This document shows, one piece after another, positions 12,501 through 34,851 of a DNA stretch of 64,000 nucleotides; position 1 is the stretch's first letter; every line of letters begins with the position of its first letter. The translations under genes were made by a program, and so were the position numbers. Source of the stretch: Tubiluchus corallicola (Eukaryota > Animalia > Priapulida); assembly GCA_030141605.1 (NCBI GenBank), contig JAQGDQ010002368.1:744001-808000 (forward strand). Direction: 5' to 3'. The notes beneath the pieces are model-generated. The model made no database searches and was not told where the DNA came from. It was given only the letters and a program-made list of their open reading frames with translations.

Positions 12501-15500
12501 AGAAGGCAAATTTGGAATTTTAAGCGAGTAAAACAAAGTCTAAAACCAGCAAAAAACTGTATCCTAAAATTACAAAAAAATACTCAGGAAAAAGCATAAG
12601 TAAATGGAAATACATAGGCGTTTAAAAATGCTATCAACCGTCATTCAGAACTAGAAATTAGGGAATACGTTAAATATGTCTTAGAAAGCATAAAAGTCAT
12701 ACGAGATTTAAAAGTTAAAAGTTTAAAATTTAAATAACTAAATACAAATTTTTAATGTTTTCAGGTAAAAACATATTTTAAATTTAAAATGACTCAGCAA
12801 TAAAAATTGGAAGCCAAAAGTAACTACGTAGTCACTATTACTGTTAAAATGGTTTATAAAATATATATGTATTTAGATAGTGAAGCATGAAGTCTACATT
12901 TTTGCATGTAGAAAATGTATACACGGCACTTTTACCTGTCGAACATGGCATACACTTCAGATGAAGGTTGATGTATGGTGCACAGGATAGTTCGCCCTTT
13001 ACAAGCCATGTCTTTCAAAACAGATATGATGTTTTGTGCCATAAAGGAGTCCAAACCAGATGTTGGTTCATCGCAAAACATTAATTTTGGATTTGTTAGC
13101 ATCTAGAAAAAGGCATTTATTTCATTATAGTTGCTGAAATAATTATGACAAATGTTTTTTCTCTTTACAGATCATTTGTAAATGCTATGATGCTAATTCA
13201 AGACCCATAACATTGCAGGTATAGTTAGAGCAAACTTATTTTCAAACAATGTAAGACTGATTTTAACAGTCTTTTAATAAAAATTGTTATGACAATGATG
13301 GGTAGGTAAAATTTTCAAACTATTCTACATATAGTAGCTACCATGTCATTATTAACCTTCAGTAATAGCACAGACACAAAAGGTGCCAGCAATATTTTAA
13401 TAAATACAAACGAGTCAATGCTTCTTCATTATCAAAGTATAACTTACTAACCTCAGATGCAAATGCAAGACGCTTTCTTTCGCCTCCTGAAATACCTTTT
13501 ATTCTACCAGGGACGCCTATCCATGTGTTCTCGCATTTCTTTAAACCAAGCTGTAATGGCAAATAATTATTTCACATGATTTTGCTTCCTTCTTTCTATT
13601 CTTTTCATAATTTTTTCGATGCCCCCTTTTCCCTTCATTCCTTTTTAAGTCTTTCATTCTTCTGAAAATTTTTTATGCTTTTTCTTTGACTATTTTTTCC
13701 TCTTTTATCATCGGCAGAATTGAGTAATTTAATTATGGCTCGAAAAAATTTAGTATAAATTATTTTAAAATCCTAAAAACGAATACAGGTGTAGCAAATT
13801 ACCTCCGTGAGAGTTTCTTCGACTTTCTTCATTCGCTGAGAATACGTGAATTCTTTGTCCATCCTCAATAGAGCCTACAACTCAAAACAGCAGATATTTT
13901 AGATGTACAATTTTGCACAGCAGCACAGCATAAGACCAGTGATCTAGTGTTTAGCATACATTGTTGTCCTGAACGCTATACTGTATCGCCTGACATTTTT
14001 GTATTGCTGTATTGTATTGCACTGCATTGTTGTTGTGTTACTGAAATGTATTGATTTGTTGTTTTGTTATGTTGATACTGAATTGTTTGCAGTGGTATAG
14101 TTTGTTTCATTGTTTAAAAATAACTTGCGTTGTACAAGGTACACTAAAATGATTAGTACAAGCTACACTGCCACACTTTGTTTTAATCATTTTTGTTATT
14201 TATTTTTTAAGAAATGTTTGAAAAATGCTTTTGGTACTCTATATAAGACAGTAATATAAGCTAAATTGTAAAAAGAAGTGTAATGAACTAAAAACCTTAA
14301 TCTGTTTCAAATGTAGACAAACTCTGTGTGGTGAAGCTTTTGACAGTGCAATTAAAATACCTGAAATCTCAAATGTTCTTTTACTTTTAGGGTACCAATG
14401 AACAAATCTTCCTGCTGAACGTATGCCGAAATGGACCTCATGCCAGGACCAAAACCAATTGGCTGTCCATTAATTTTGACTGTACCCTCAACAGTATACA
14501 TTTCAGTATTCCTGTGCGTCAGAATGTTCATAAGTGTACTTTTGCCTGCACCACTAAAACAAACAAACAACAAATGAATCTTGCTTCTGGTTCGTATCCT
14601 TACTTGTCAGCCAGTCGGCTTGTAAAGTAATAATTATTGCAAAACTGATTTAACATGAATTTTGGCTATGATAATTTCGGAAAATAATTACAGCTAAATA
14701 AACTCTTTTAAATCGATCCGAGTGTATAGAATCTATTTTGCCTTCAATTTGACAATATAAATATTTTTGTCAACAATATAATTTTTCTTAATATGACTAT
14801 GCTTTTATACCTGGCACCCATAATTGCTAACAGCGTACCGGCTTTTGCGTACCCAGTAACTGCAATAACAAATTTTCACAAAACATATTAATGAAACTTG
14901 TAAATTAATGTCGTTGGAATAAACAAGCGAGCAGGACAACTTTTTACAACAATTTACTAGATGCAGTTGGGATGAGCACTCCTAACAGACTAACGTGAAT
15001 TACTTAATCTCATTATTAACTAAATAAAAGGCCTACACCTCTCGGGAATGCATTTTCCAAAACATTCTCAAATTTAAAATGGCATAAAGTAAAACCAAGC
15101 TGCATTAACAGTGCAGTCTCCTGAGTATAGCATGAAGGTGCTGCTGCCTTATCCTTTGTGCTACGGAACTTATAGTAGAAGCAAGCCCTCAGCTCTAAGC
15201 GAGAACTCGAATCACTTTACTGCAGCACAAAGCTATGCTAAACTAAATACGAAAATTGGGTGCAGAGTGAAGAAAACGTGTTATTACAAAAATTATTTAC
15301 AGTTTCTATATGCGCTCTACTTACACGATCTTAATTTATTCGGGTGGCCAGTGACTACACCTATCAGAAACAATTCAATCTTTTGTAGAAGCAGCCCGTT
15401 CTGTGCTAGTTAGTTTAACGTATATTTCTCAAAATTATTTACTTTTAGAGGAATTTAAATAAACAGATTGTTTAACTTAGATGCACATTGAAATGGCCAA

Positions 15501-16235
15501 CTCAAGTTATTAAAATAATGTGACAAAGACTAATGTAATGTCGTGCTAGTAAATAGTCTTTAAATTTTGTTTTAATACCATTTCGGAGAATATGCTTCTT
15601 AACTCTTTTTTCTGTTTGCTTTTCCGGGTCAGATTGTCCAGCTTCTCTATCATGTCGACTTCGTCCACCTTTCAGCGTCGCCCAGACGTTTATATTCTCC
15701 CAAGTTATGTTAACCTAAGCAATATAATAATTTCATGCCCATAATCGTAAGAAAATTGATAACAAACAGAGTTTACAATAAATTTTGTGTATTTATTTAA
15801 TAATAAATATTGTTGGGTTGACTATATATAATCCGATCGATGTTATACTGTAAAATGGAGTGTACTGAATGGATAATATTCAAGCAAAATGGAAAAAAGA
15901 AAGTGGTTGCTCAATATTATTTTCATTTTGTTTGTAAAACGCTAAAACGTTTATTACGATTGCTGAAAGATAGCCACATAACGTTATGAGCATCGGCGAG
16001 CTCTCTGTGCCTCTTAACATATAAGGAATTTCTAACTTACCGCATCAAGTTCACTAACACTCAATACTTTTTTAATGGGTTCCTTTCTCATCACATTTTT
16101 CGACATGCCAGCAAACTGAACGCCAGAATGTGAAATCTCTTCGTACATCGGTACATGAACATTACTTCTACTGATGGAATAATCACTAGCAGCATTGTCA
16201 CATGCAGCATTGTTGCCGGTATCCATACTGAGCAT
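6562..16235 (-). CDS. white: white-like ABCG half-transporter, copy B (complete, 19 exons, 683 aa from ATG 16226 or 686 aa from ATG 16235)
   Basis: Exons 16226/16235-16041, 15714-15579, 14859-14811, 14553-14361, 13874-13803, 13550-13452, 13102-12936, 12401-12227, 12035-11946, 11184-11156, 10619-10514, 10374-10243, 9468-9376, 9000-8943, 8835-8758, 7868-7763, 7394-7294 (GC donor), 7102-7023, 6663-6562 (TAG). They sum to 2052 nt from ATG 16226. N-terminal NBD followed by an ABC2 membrane domain ([22 protein letters not shown]), ending ...[18 protein letters not shown]. Confidence 0.93.
8141..8416. repeat. Two diverged tandem copies of a ~158-bp unit in intron 15 of copy B
   Basis: gtgagctgccacacaaa...ggcaaacacagcag...attgttagtacaaca starts at ~8141 and again at ~8299. 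Confidence 0.85.
9700..10085 (-). mobile_element. Possible degraded Tc1/mariner-type DNA transposon relic
   Basis: Begins next to a (TA)n run (9679-9699). The minus strand reads [16 protein letters not shown]..., loosely like a Tc1 N-terminal HTH, with stops. Weak. Confidence 0.25.
11301..11838 (+). mobile_element. HINE/pearl-like non-autonomous element in intron 9 of copy B
   Basis: AACAA start, internal TGACCTTGACCTTTGA and TGACTTTTGATCTT motifs, degenerate GACR/ACGG microsatellite near the 3' end; this layout resembles Helentron-associated elements of marine invertebrates. The paralogous intron of copy C is much shorter and lacks it. Confidence 0.55.
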
Positions 16236-17042
16236 GCTCTAGCAGAACGTTTTAAATGACGTTCACTTATAATGATTCAAACATTTGCTTAAGGCAAAAC
16301 GTGTCACTTACAGAGGCATAAAATATTGTACTTCAAGCTCACACAACGATGGTATATTGTGAAAAGCCACGTTTCACAATGAATTTTAACATGGATTAAC
16401 AAAAGCGAAACTATTTCTTTAAACTTAAACAACTAAAATAAGAATCAAAACAATTAATAAAAAAATCCCAGAATAGTTTTCAATTAATTGTTACGTCTTA
16501 TTGGTGAGGCACAGAACTGTATCATCAAAAGTTCACACCACACATCGATTTTACTTAATATCAACTAGTAGCAAACAAACACTGTTTTTTATGCCGCACA
16601 ACATTCAAGGTGCAAAAAAGGTGAAAGTCTAAAGGTCAAAACTGCAGGAGCTTTTAAATGGCTATTATATGTGACTGTAACGTAAATTGAGAAAGCATAG
16701 CTGTACACACTAAAAGACTGCCTGGTTGACTTAAATAAATGGAAGTTTTTGCTTAGAGGAAGAACCAATTCTCGAATAAGATTGTGTTTTAATATACACC
16801 TAAAAATCTTAATTAAGACGTAATATAGGCGCATAAAATGCGTTGCTTAAAATTGCGAAAGAAATTTAAGTCATTTATATCTCTCGCCAAACAAACCTCG
16901 CTGCGGGAGTATTGTAAAAAATTACGTAAGTTGGTGGAAAGCACGAAGGCATGCATACGATGCTTTTGCACTTCACTCAAAAATTCCACTATAGTAGCTG
17001 ACTAAAGAGTCGCTTACAGAGCATCCGGAATGCGTTATGCAT
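12061..17042. repeat. Tandem duplication, right unit (matches 1-4984)
   Basis: Near-identical to positions 1-4984, including introns. Confidence 0.95.
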
Positions 17043-17214
17043 TATCCAAATGCGGAATACCTGCGTATAAAATATCAATGGGACATAGCTGCAGGAAAAA
17101 ATAACGCATAACGTAAGTTTGATAAACGGGTGCATTGAAAACAATATAAACCGATTTTATCTATTTTGCATCCGCATAACGCATACGCATTCCGGATGTC
17201 TAGTAAACACCACT
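17006..17214. mobile_element. 209-bp MITE with TAA target-site duplication (PIF/Harbinger/Tourist-like)
   Basis: TAA|agagtcgcttacagagcatccggaatgcgttatgc ... gcataacgcatacgcattccggatgtctagtaaacaccact|TAA: long imperfect terminal inverted repeats with TAA at 17003-17005 and 17215-17217. Confidence 0.75.
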
Positions 17215-18034
17215 TAATTATTTGTGTTTAACTGTGTTAAAAATTAGTCGACCGATCCGTTTTTAATAACTTTTAAGTGTTTGCATAGCTTTAATCCACG
17301 GGATTATAACTCAAAATGCGTAAATAATACACAACATTATTACAGGTAAGCGTAGAGTTATGCGAAGCTGCGCAAACTTAACGCATAGAGTTCAGTTTTA
17401 GCTTGCTAAAATAATTATTCTGTTATTTGTATTAAATAGTAGTAACTGTAACTGCAAAAGAAGTTCGTTCAAGCTCTGGCGAAATAAGTGTTTAGTTTAA
17501 ATTTTCCGTTTTGTTTGCTAATTTAAATTTTGCCTCTTCTCATTGCCAAATTTATTTATTGTTTCTAAGTTTAAACTCATTTGAACTTTTGCCTCATTTA
17601 TTTTTTATTTTGTTAAGTTGCTGATTATTTTCATTTGTACATACCTTACTTGACAGGTCACTTAATTTTCTTCAGTTTGAATAGGGGTGGTTGACTTGGT
17701 GACCCTTGGTCTTTTCGCCACCCCGTCTTTATTTTAGTTTTTAGCGTTTGTTTATGTTTATTTTGTAACATTCAGAGAAAAATAATCTTTTTTTTTACTT
17801 TCTACTTTTACTTTATTTCGAAATGACCGCCCCAAGGCCTATAGTCCAACAATTTTATTGTTGAAACTTTCGTACATTTTTCTCAAATGTTAAAATATGC
17901 CCAATTTCTCAAGAGACTTGATTTTTGCTTTTGGGTTAATATTATGTTTTTGGGTTATTCGCATGAAAATAACTCTATAGAGCCGCTCATTTCGCTGTGA
18001 TGTTGTTCTCGCTTGTGTAATTCCAAACTCATTC

Positions 18035-18195
18035 CATACCATTTTTACCTTGTACTGTATTTACTTGTACCAAAAGTGCCTGACAAAACTTCATTAGTAC
18101 CATATTTACCAGTACCAAATTTTCCCGGTACCAAAATTTCATCGTACCAAAATTACCAGGACCAAACTTACTTCTACCGAACTTACTAGTTCCAG
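18035..18195. repeat. Degenerate ~15-16-bp minisatellite (GTACCAAAnTT-like unit)
   Basis: Repeated gtaccaaa/taccat cores at ~15-16-bp spacing. Confidence 0.7.
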
Positions 18196-18421
18196 TTCTG
18201 CCGTTCAGTGTCCAGAATTAGTGTCGTTGCAACATCTACATTAGTTAAAGTCTGCCATTGAGCACTGGTCAAAGTTTGAAAAGTGTTATACTCCACAAAA
18301 AAATCTGACAGCTTTTCGGCTTGAACCGATAACCTGTTGAACACAACCAACTTCAACAACAATGGCGAAAAGAAAAGGGCTTCAACTGACTAGATGAACT
18401 TTTGTGCAATTTAGCACCTAC

Positions 18422-19349
18422 ATTTACTACTGTGTAAGCGTTGTTCACAGACATGACTATAATTGAAATAAACAAGACAGAAATGATGTTTTGCACGGCT
18501 TCCTGGTTTAGTTCCTGCTGCAGATAGATGACTCCAAGAATTACACCCATCACCTATAAATGCAAAATTGGTGAATTGCGGTGAAAATAAAACGTATATA
18601 AGGAAGTACCTAATTAGATTGCAATGAAAAAGCAACAGCAGTAGGCAGCTTCACTTGCCAAAAATTAAACAAGCTCAAAAGCTCAAAAATAATTCGTTTT
18701 ATTATCGAGATATACCTGATGCACTTTACGTTAATAATTAATCAACTATGGCATATCGTATACAAGAGCAAAAAGAAATTTATAAACGTAGTAATAGTAA
18801 ATCATATTCAATATGTTACTACAACTAGTGCTTTATAAAAGTGAACACAGAAAAACCTTGTTAAACTAATTCACCGCGTTAATATGCCTACTTCAGCACG
18901 TAATAGGTAAAAACCTAAACAGCAATGTGGAACAAAACAGAGGGAGCAATATAAATAGTAGCTAACAAATCTAGAAACTCTTGTCTGATATATTCACTAG
19001 ACAATAGTTTAATAAACTATTAAACAACATAGATCCGACAAGCGAATAATGAATAGTATGATCAAGATGTGCCAAGAAAAAAGTAATTTGTGCGTATTTT
19101 GTTACTCAGTATCATTTCATTCAAACAATAAAATATATTTCTATAATGTATTCTTAAAGCATCAAGTTCACTGACACTCACAGCATGTCCAATTGGCTTC
19201 CTTTTCTCTACATTTTTCGGCATTCTCGCAAATTGAATGCCGGAATCTGGAACTTCTTCGTATAAAGGTACGTGCATACTGCTTCCACTAGCTGAATAAT
19301 CATTAGTGTTCCTTGGAATTTCACCGACTTCGCGAATGTTGTCACCCAT
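18422..19349 (-). pseudogene. white-like relic, copy D: exon 1 (19349-~19157) and exon 12 (18553-18422) only
   Basis: Exon 1 homologue (DYSASGSSMHVPLYEEVPDSGIQFA...VSVSELDA) has TTAAG where A and B have the GTAAG donor. A 132-nt exon 12 homologue ([23 protein letters not shown]...) with intact AG/GT lies ~600 bp downstream. No other exons were recognised. Confidence 0.85.
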
Positions 19350-21944
19350 ATATTGACTATTGACTGGTACGTGCTACAACTTCCTGACATCTGGCGGTAT
19401 TCATAGTGAATATACTGTTTGTAAACCGTCTAACATAATAGCATGCTGAAGCCTCAAATTAGAGGGCTACTGCCGAAAGCCAAAACAAGTCTCTTTATGA
19501 AACCAGAAAATTAATTATATTACCCAAAAAACGTGTAGTTTTCAATCCTCAATAAACCAAATTATGTCAACACGAAATGACACCTAAGTAATTATTAGAG
19601 CACTACGCCAGAACTAATGCACAAATAACAAAAAAGCTCAAAATAGTTTTTATTAATTGTTCCTTTTATTTGAAGCTACGTTTTCTTGACGGCGCGAAGG
19701 TGTTTCATCAAACTTTACACGACACATTGGCTTTAAAAACACATTTATCTCTAAAACCTCCTTAAACTAGAGTCCACAGATTTTTTTTCCCATTGTACTC
19801 AAAGTGCGAAAAGGTGAAAGTCTAAAAATAAAAGCAAAGTTTTTGAAATAGCTGCTATGTCTAGCCGGCGTAAAACAAACTGAGAAAGTATAGATGCTCC
19901 CATCCCGAATTAGGTAAATTAAACTGTTTTTCTCGTTTAGAATAATTTTATACAAAAATAAAGAAATATTAGTTATAAATTTTAGTTTTATAGACGTTCT
20001 AAAAAAGCACATAATAGCAAAGTTCTGAAAAAATTTCACTGGATTTAATTTTTTTACTAAGTAGGAACCAAGATCAGAGGACGTTTAGTTCACTGCAAGG
20101 CGATTAGGCCTAGAAAGCAGAATAAAACAAGATATAGTGCAGCACCCACATTTTGGTAACTTTTTAAAAAACTGTGCACTAACGACTGTATAATGACACT
20201 ACGAAAAGTTCTACCTAACGGTGGTAGTTTTCGCGATTTTTCATTTTTGTGACTATTCAACTCACAATTTTATAGAAAAAACAAACTAAGACAGTGGCAT
20301 CGTCAAGAAAAGTAATGGGTAGCTTTTAAATTCTAATGCGAAATTAAAGCTCGTATATAATCCTCTGTACCGACCGGTAACCCTTGACCCGTAACCCGTA
20401 AACCAACTTGGCTTCCCTAATACATCGTAACTGCAGAGAATGTAATATCCGCGAGAGAAGGATAGTAACAAGAGGCAGCAATCTCCAGGTGTATGGATGA
20501 TTGTATGTGTGTATGTGTATAGTAGGCAACAATGTGGATTGCTCAATGTGGATTGCTGAACAAGCTAATATTTTCGACCAGCAGAAGTTAGACTCGAAGG
20601 ACTTTCTATGAAGAATACTCGTAATTATGATACAACGTACCCGCGACTCCGAAATCATAGCGACTGCTTCATATTTTCTTTACGTTTAACCAAAATTTAT
20701 TCCGCTATTAAGCAATAATTTTGAAATTCATAATATAAATAATAATTACCCCAAAATTAATTAAACTCATGGCGCGAAGACAATTTTAAACTAACCTAGC
20801 TAATAATTATTCTGGCTTGAGCAAGCTAACACTTGAAAATATTGAATTGGTTAGTTAACTGTTAGAACTGAATATTATCACATAGGCATGTACAGTTAAG
20901 TGCCATGGAACTGAACTTGTATTCCAAAGATTCTTGGTGCAAATCTGGGCTCACTTTCTTCTCATCCATCTCCTCATCCATGCTCAATTTGGTTTCAAAA
21001 ACTAAAATACTGGCGAGCTTATTTCGTTATTAACTAATAACCTTGAAATTAGATTATATTATTCATAATTACTTGCGATCATGACAACCAAACAATCATA
21101 GAATTGCACAGCTAATTTCCTTACTTCCTGTAACACTTAAAAAAACAAAAATAATGGGTATTATAATTACTATATGAGCACTTTATTAAACCTTTTTATA
21201 AAACAATGTAATTGTTAATTCATTAAACAAATCTTCAATCAAATTATTAAAGAACTCTCAAATACACTATTCATAACAAGCACAAAAATGACAACAGTGT
21301 TGTTCCAACGAAAATTAGTTGTCCTTATTCCTTATCTCATTTTATTTTAGTTTTAATTAAGATTTAAATTATTCAGTTAATATTACATAAAATAAAACAG
21401 TAAAAAGAAATACATTACAATAACAGAAATATGTATACATATATATATATAAGATATATATATGTATATAACAAAGATAAAGCCCTTTGTAAGCGAACAG
21501 ACCATCCACAGAGTAACATGGCACCTGCATGGGTGGTTTCGCTTAAACTCGATTCATTTTTCAATTCGACCATTTCTTTGGCCTCCTAAGCATCTAAGTT
21601 ATGTGCAGTTGACTATGCATAAGAAATGAAAAAACAGTCAGAGAAGATTTTTTCATGTGAACTACGAGTGTAGTTTTAGTAGTCAAAATAAAATTATTAC
21701 GTCTCAGTGTGGACGGGAAATTGCGAGGTACAATTATAATTTTTTAAAGCACTTTAGTCTAGCTATACTCGCAAAAAATGTTATAAAACATAGTAAATAT
21801 TTCCATCACATGTATGCCTTAATGTAATCCTTAAAAAGTTTTTTTCAAAAATTTGAACTTTTTAGTTCAAAAATTTATCATTACAAATGTCAAATAAATG
21901 TCGCAATGTGTTATATATACAACCCGCAGTGCTTAACCTGCAGT

Positions 21945-33147
<11,203 letters not shown>

Positions 33148-34388
33148 TCCGCATGTGTTTTAAAAATTCTGTACAGAAGCCAGTAACTGTCGATTTAGCA
33201 TATTTTTAGATATTTGTTTATTTAAAATTCTTTTATGAATCGTGATTGGCAACACCATCAGATTTATATTTTTCGCCATTGGATCTTGCGCTTTACATAA
33301 CAATTTATTTTATTATAATGCCTTAATAAAGGTGAAAGTAATTAAGCCACACATTATTACAAAACACTTGAAAAAACATTAAACATTTACGTTGTAATTT
33401 TTACTTTGATTCAGATTCAAATTTCACAAGAACAGTGGCTTCTACAAGATATCTATCTTAGAAGAAAATGTAAGCAAGCAAAATTACCTTGAAGGCTGCT
33501 CACAATATAAACGACAAAAATATTCTCACGAAATTTCTCGCGTCGAACAGCTATCTCATTTAGCAATCCAGTTTAACTTATTAATAATATTACTCTTTTC
33601 ATTCGTTGTTCATACAGAAATTTGGTTATTGAGAGATCTGTGTATATTTCTTATGATCTTTGGAACCCAGCATTATTTGCATTAATTGCAGAAATGAGAT
33701 GAGAATTGTTATTTACTTTACTATTTAAATTGGTTCGCGCTAAACGGGACGTATTATAAGCTCACGTTATTTAGTCAAGGTATAATATTGCAGCCAAAGG
33801 TCAATATAACGAGTCGGGGCTTTTGATAAACAAGGCAGAAATAGTTTCTCAACTGAGAACGTCTTGTAAATCTTGATGCCTTTAGCCATTTGCCAGTAAC
33901 ACAGGAAAAACTTGACCTTCTAATTCCTAGTAAAGTCGCCGGTCGATGTAGTCCCTATTTCTAATTTAGCCATGCACGCAAGTTACACAATTTTATGGTT
34001 ATTAAGATTTATCTGAAAGCTTAATGTCTTAGGGATATGTCTCAATTTTAGCTTTGGTATTTTCTGCAGAAAACAACTGCATCACTGGTTAATTTTAAAT
34101 TTTAAATGAAAGCTGGAAACCTTGCCGCCACTGTTTTTTTACTTGTAAAACGTTTTTGGACTATATCAACACTAAAATTCAAGTCTAGCACTAGATTACA
34201 ACTTTTCGTGTTAACCAATAATGTGTGACTCGGGTGTATGGATTCATTAAGCTAGAAATATATCAACTGGCGACTCTCTTGGAAGTTATGCGCAACTGTA
34301 ACTGGTATCGCAGAGCGGCTTCATCAACTTACACACAAGGAAAACTAGCAGCTTTGTCACATTATTTTGTTGGGATTTCGGCATAAAA

Positions 34389-34781
34389 ATGAAGATCGGC
34401 ATAGTAAGTTGACACAAAAAAGGCGCTTCATGCCGTAAATCCTGTATACTTCGTTGGGATAAATCTTTAGACACAATGGATTACCTACAGTCAATAGATC
34501 CGTATGATTAAATTAATAATATAGCTAAGACTGACTATAGTTTCGTTCTGTATCAGCATTTTGTCATTCAGTCTTCTTGAATATTATTTTTACAGGTGAG
34601 CGTGATAATTTGCTGCTGTGAAATCATTCACTTTGTCAAAGGTAAGCCTCATTCATTTTTACAGACACATATATTGCAATCCCCTTTGTTTTACGTATAT
34701 ATATTTGCTTCGGATTGCATATATGTATATATATATATACATATAGATAGATGGATGGATGGATGGATGGATGGATGGATG

Positions 34782-34851
<70 letters not shown>

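Noticed and set aside
18035-18195. Regularly spaced repeats considered as a CRISPR-like array
   Set aside because: Units are ~15-16 bp, degenerate and lack unique spacers; eukaryotic context with no cas genes.
20286-20658. Two overlapping minus-strand ORFs with short local repeats (aacccgt x3, 14-bp gcaatccacattg duplication)
   Set aside because: No recognisable domain or convincing exon chain; more likely repeat debris.
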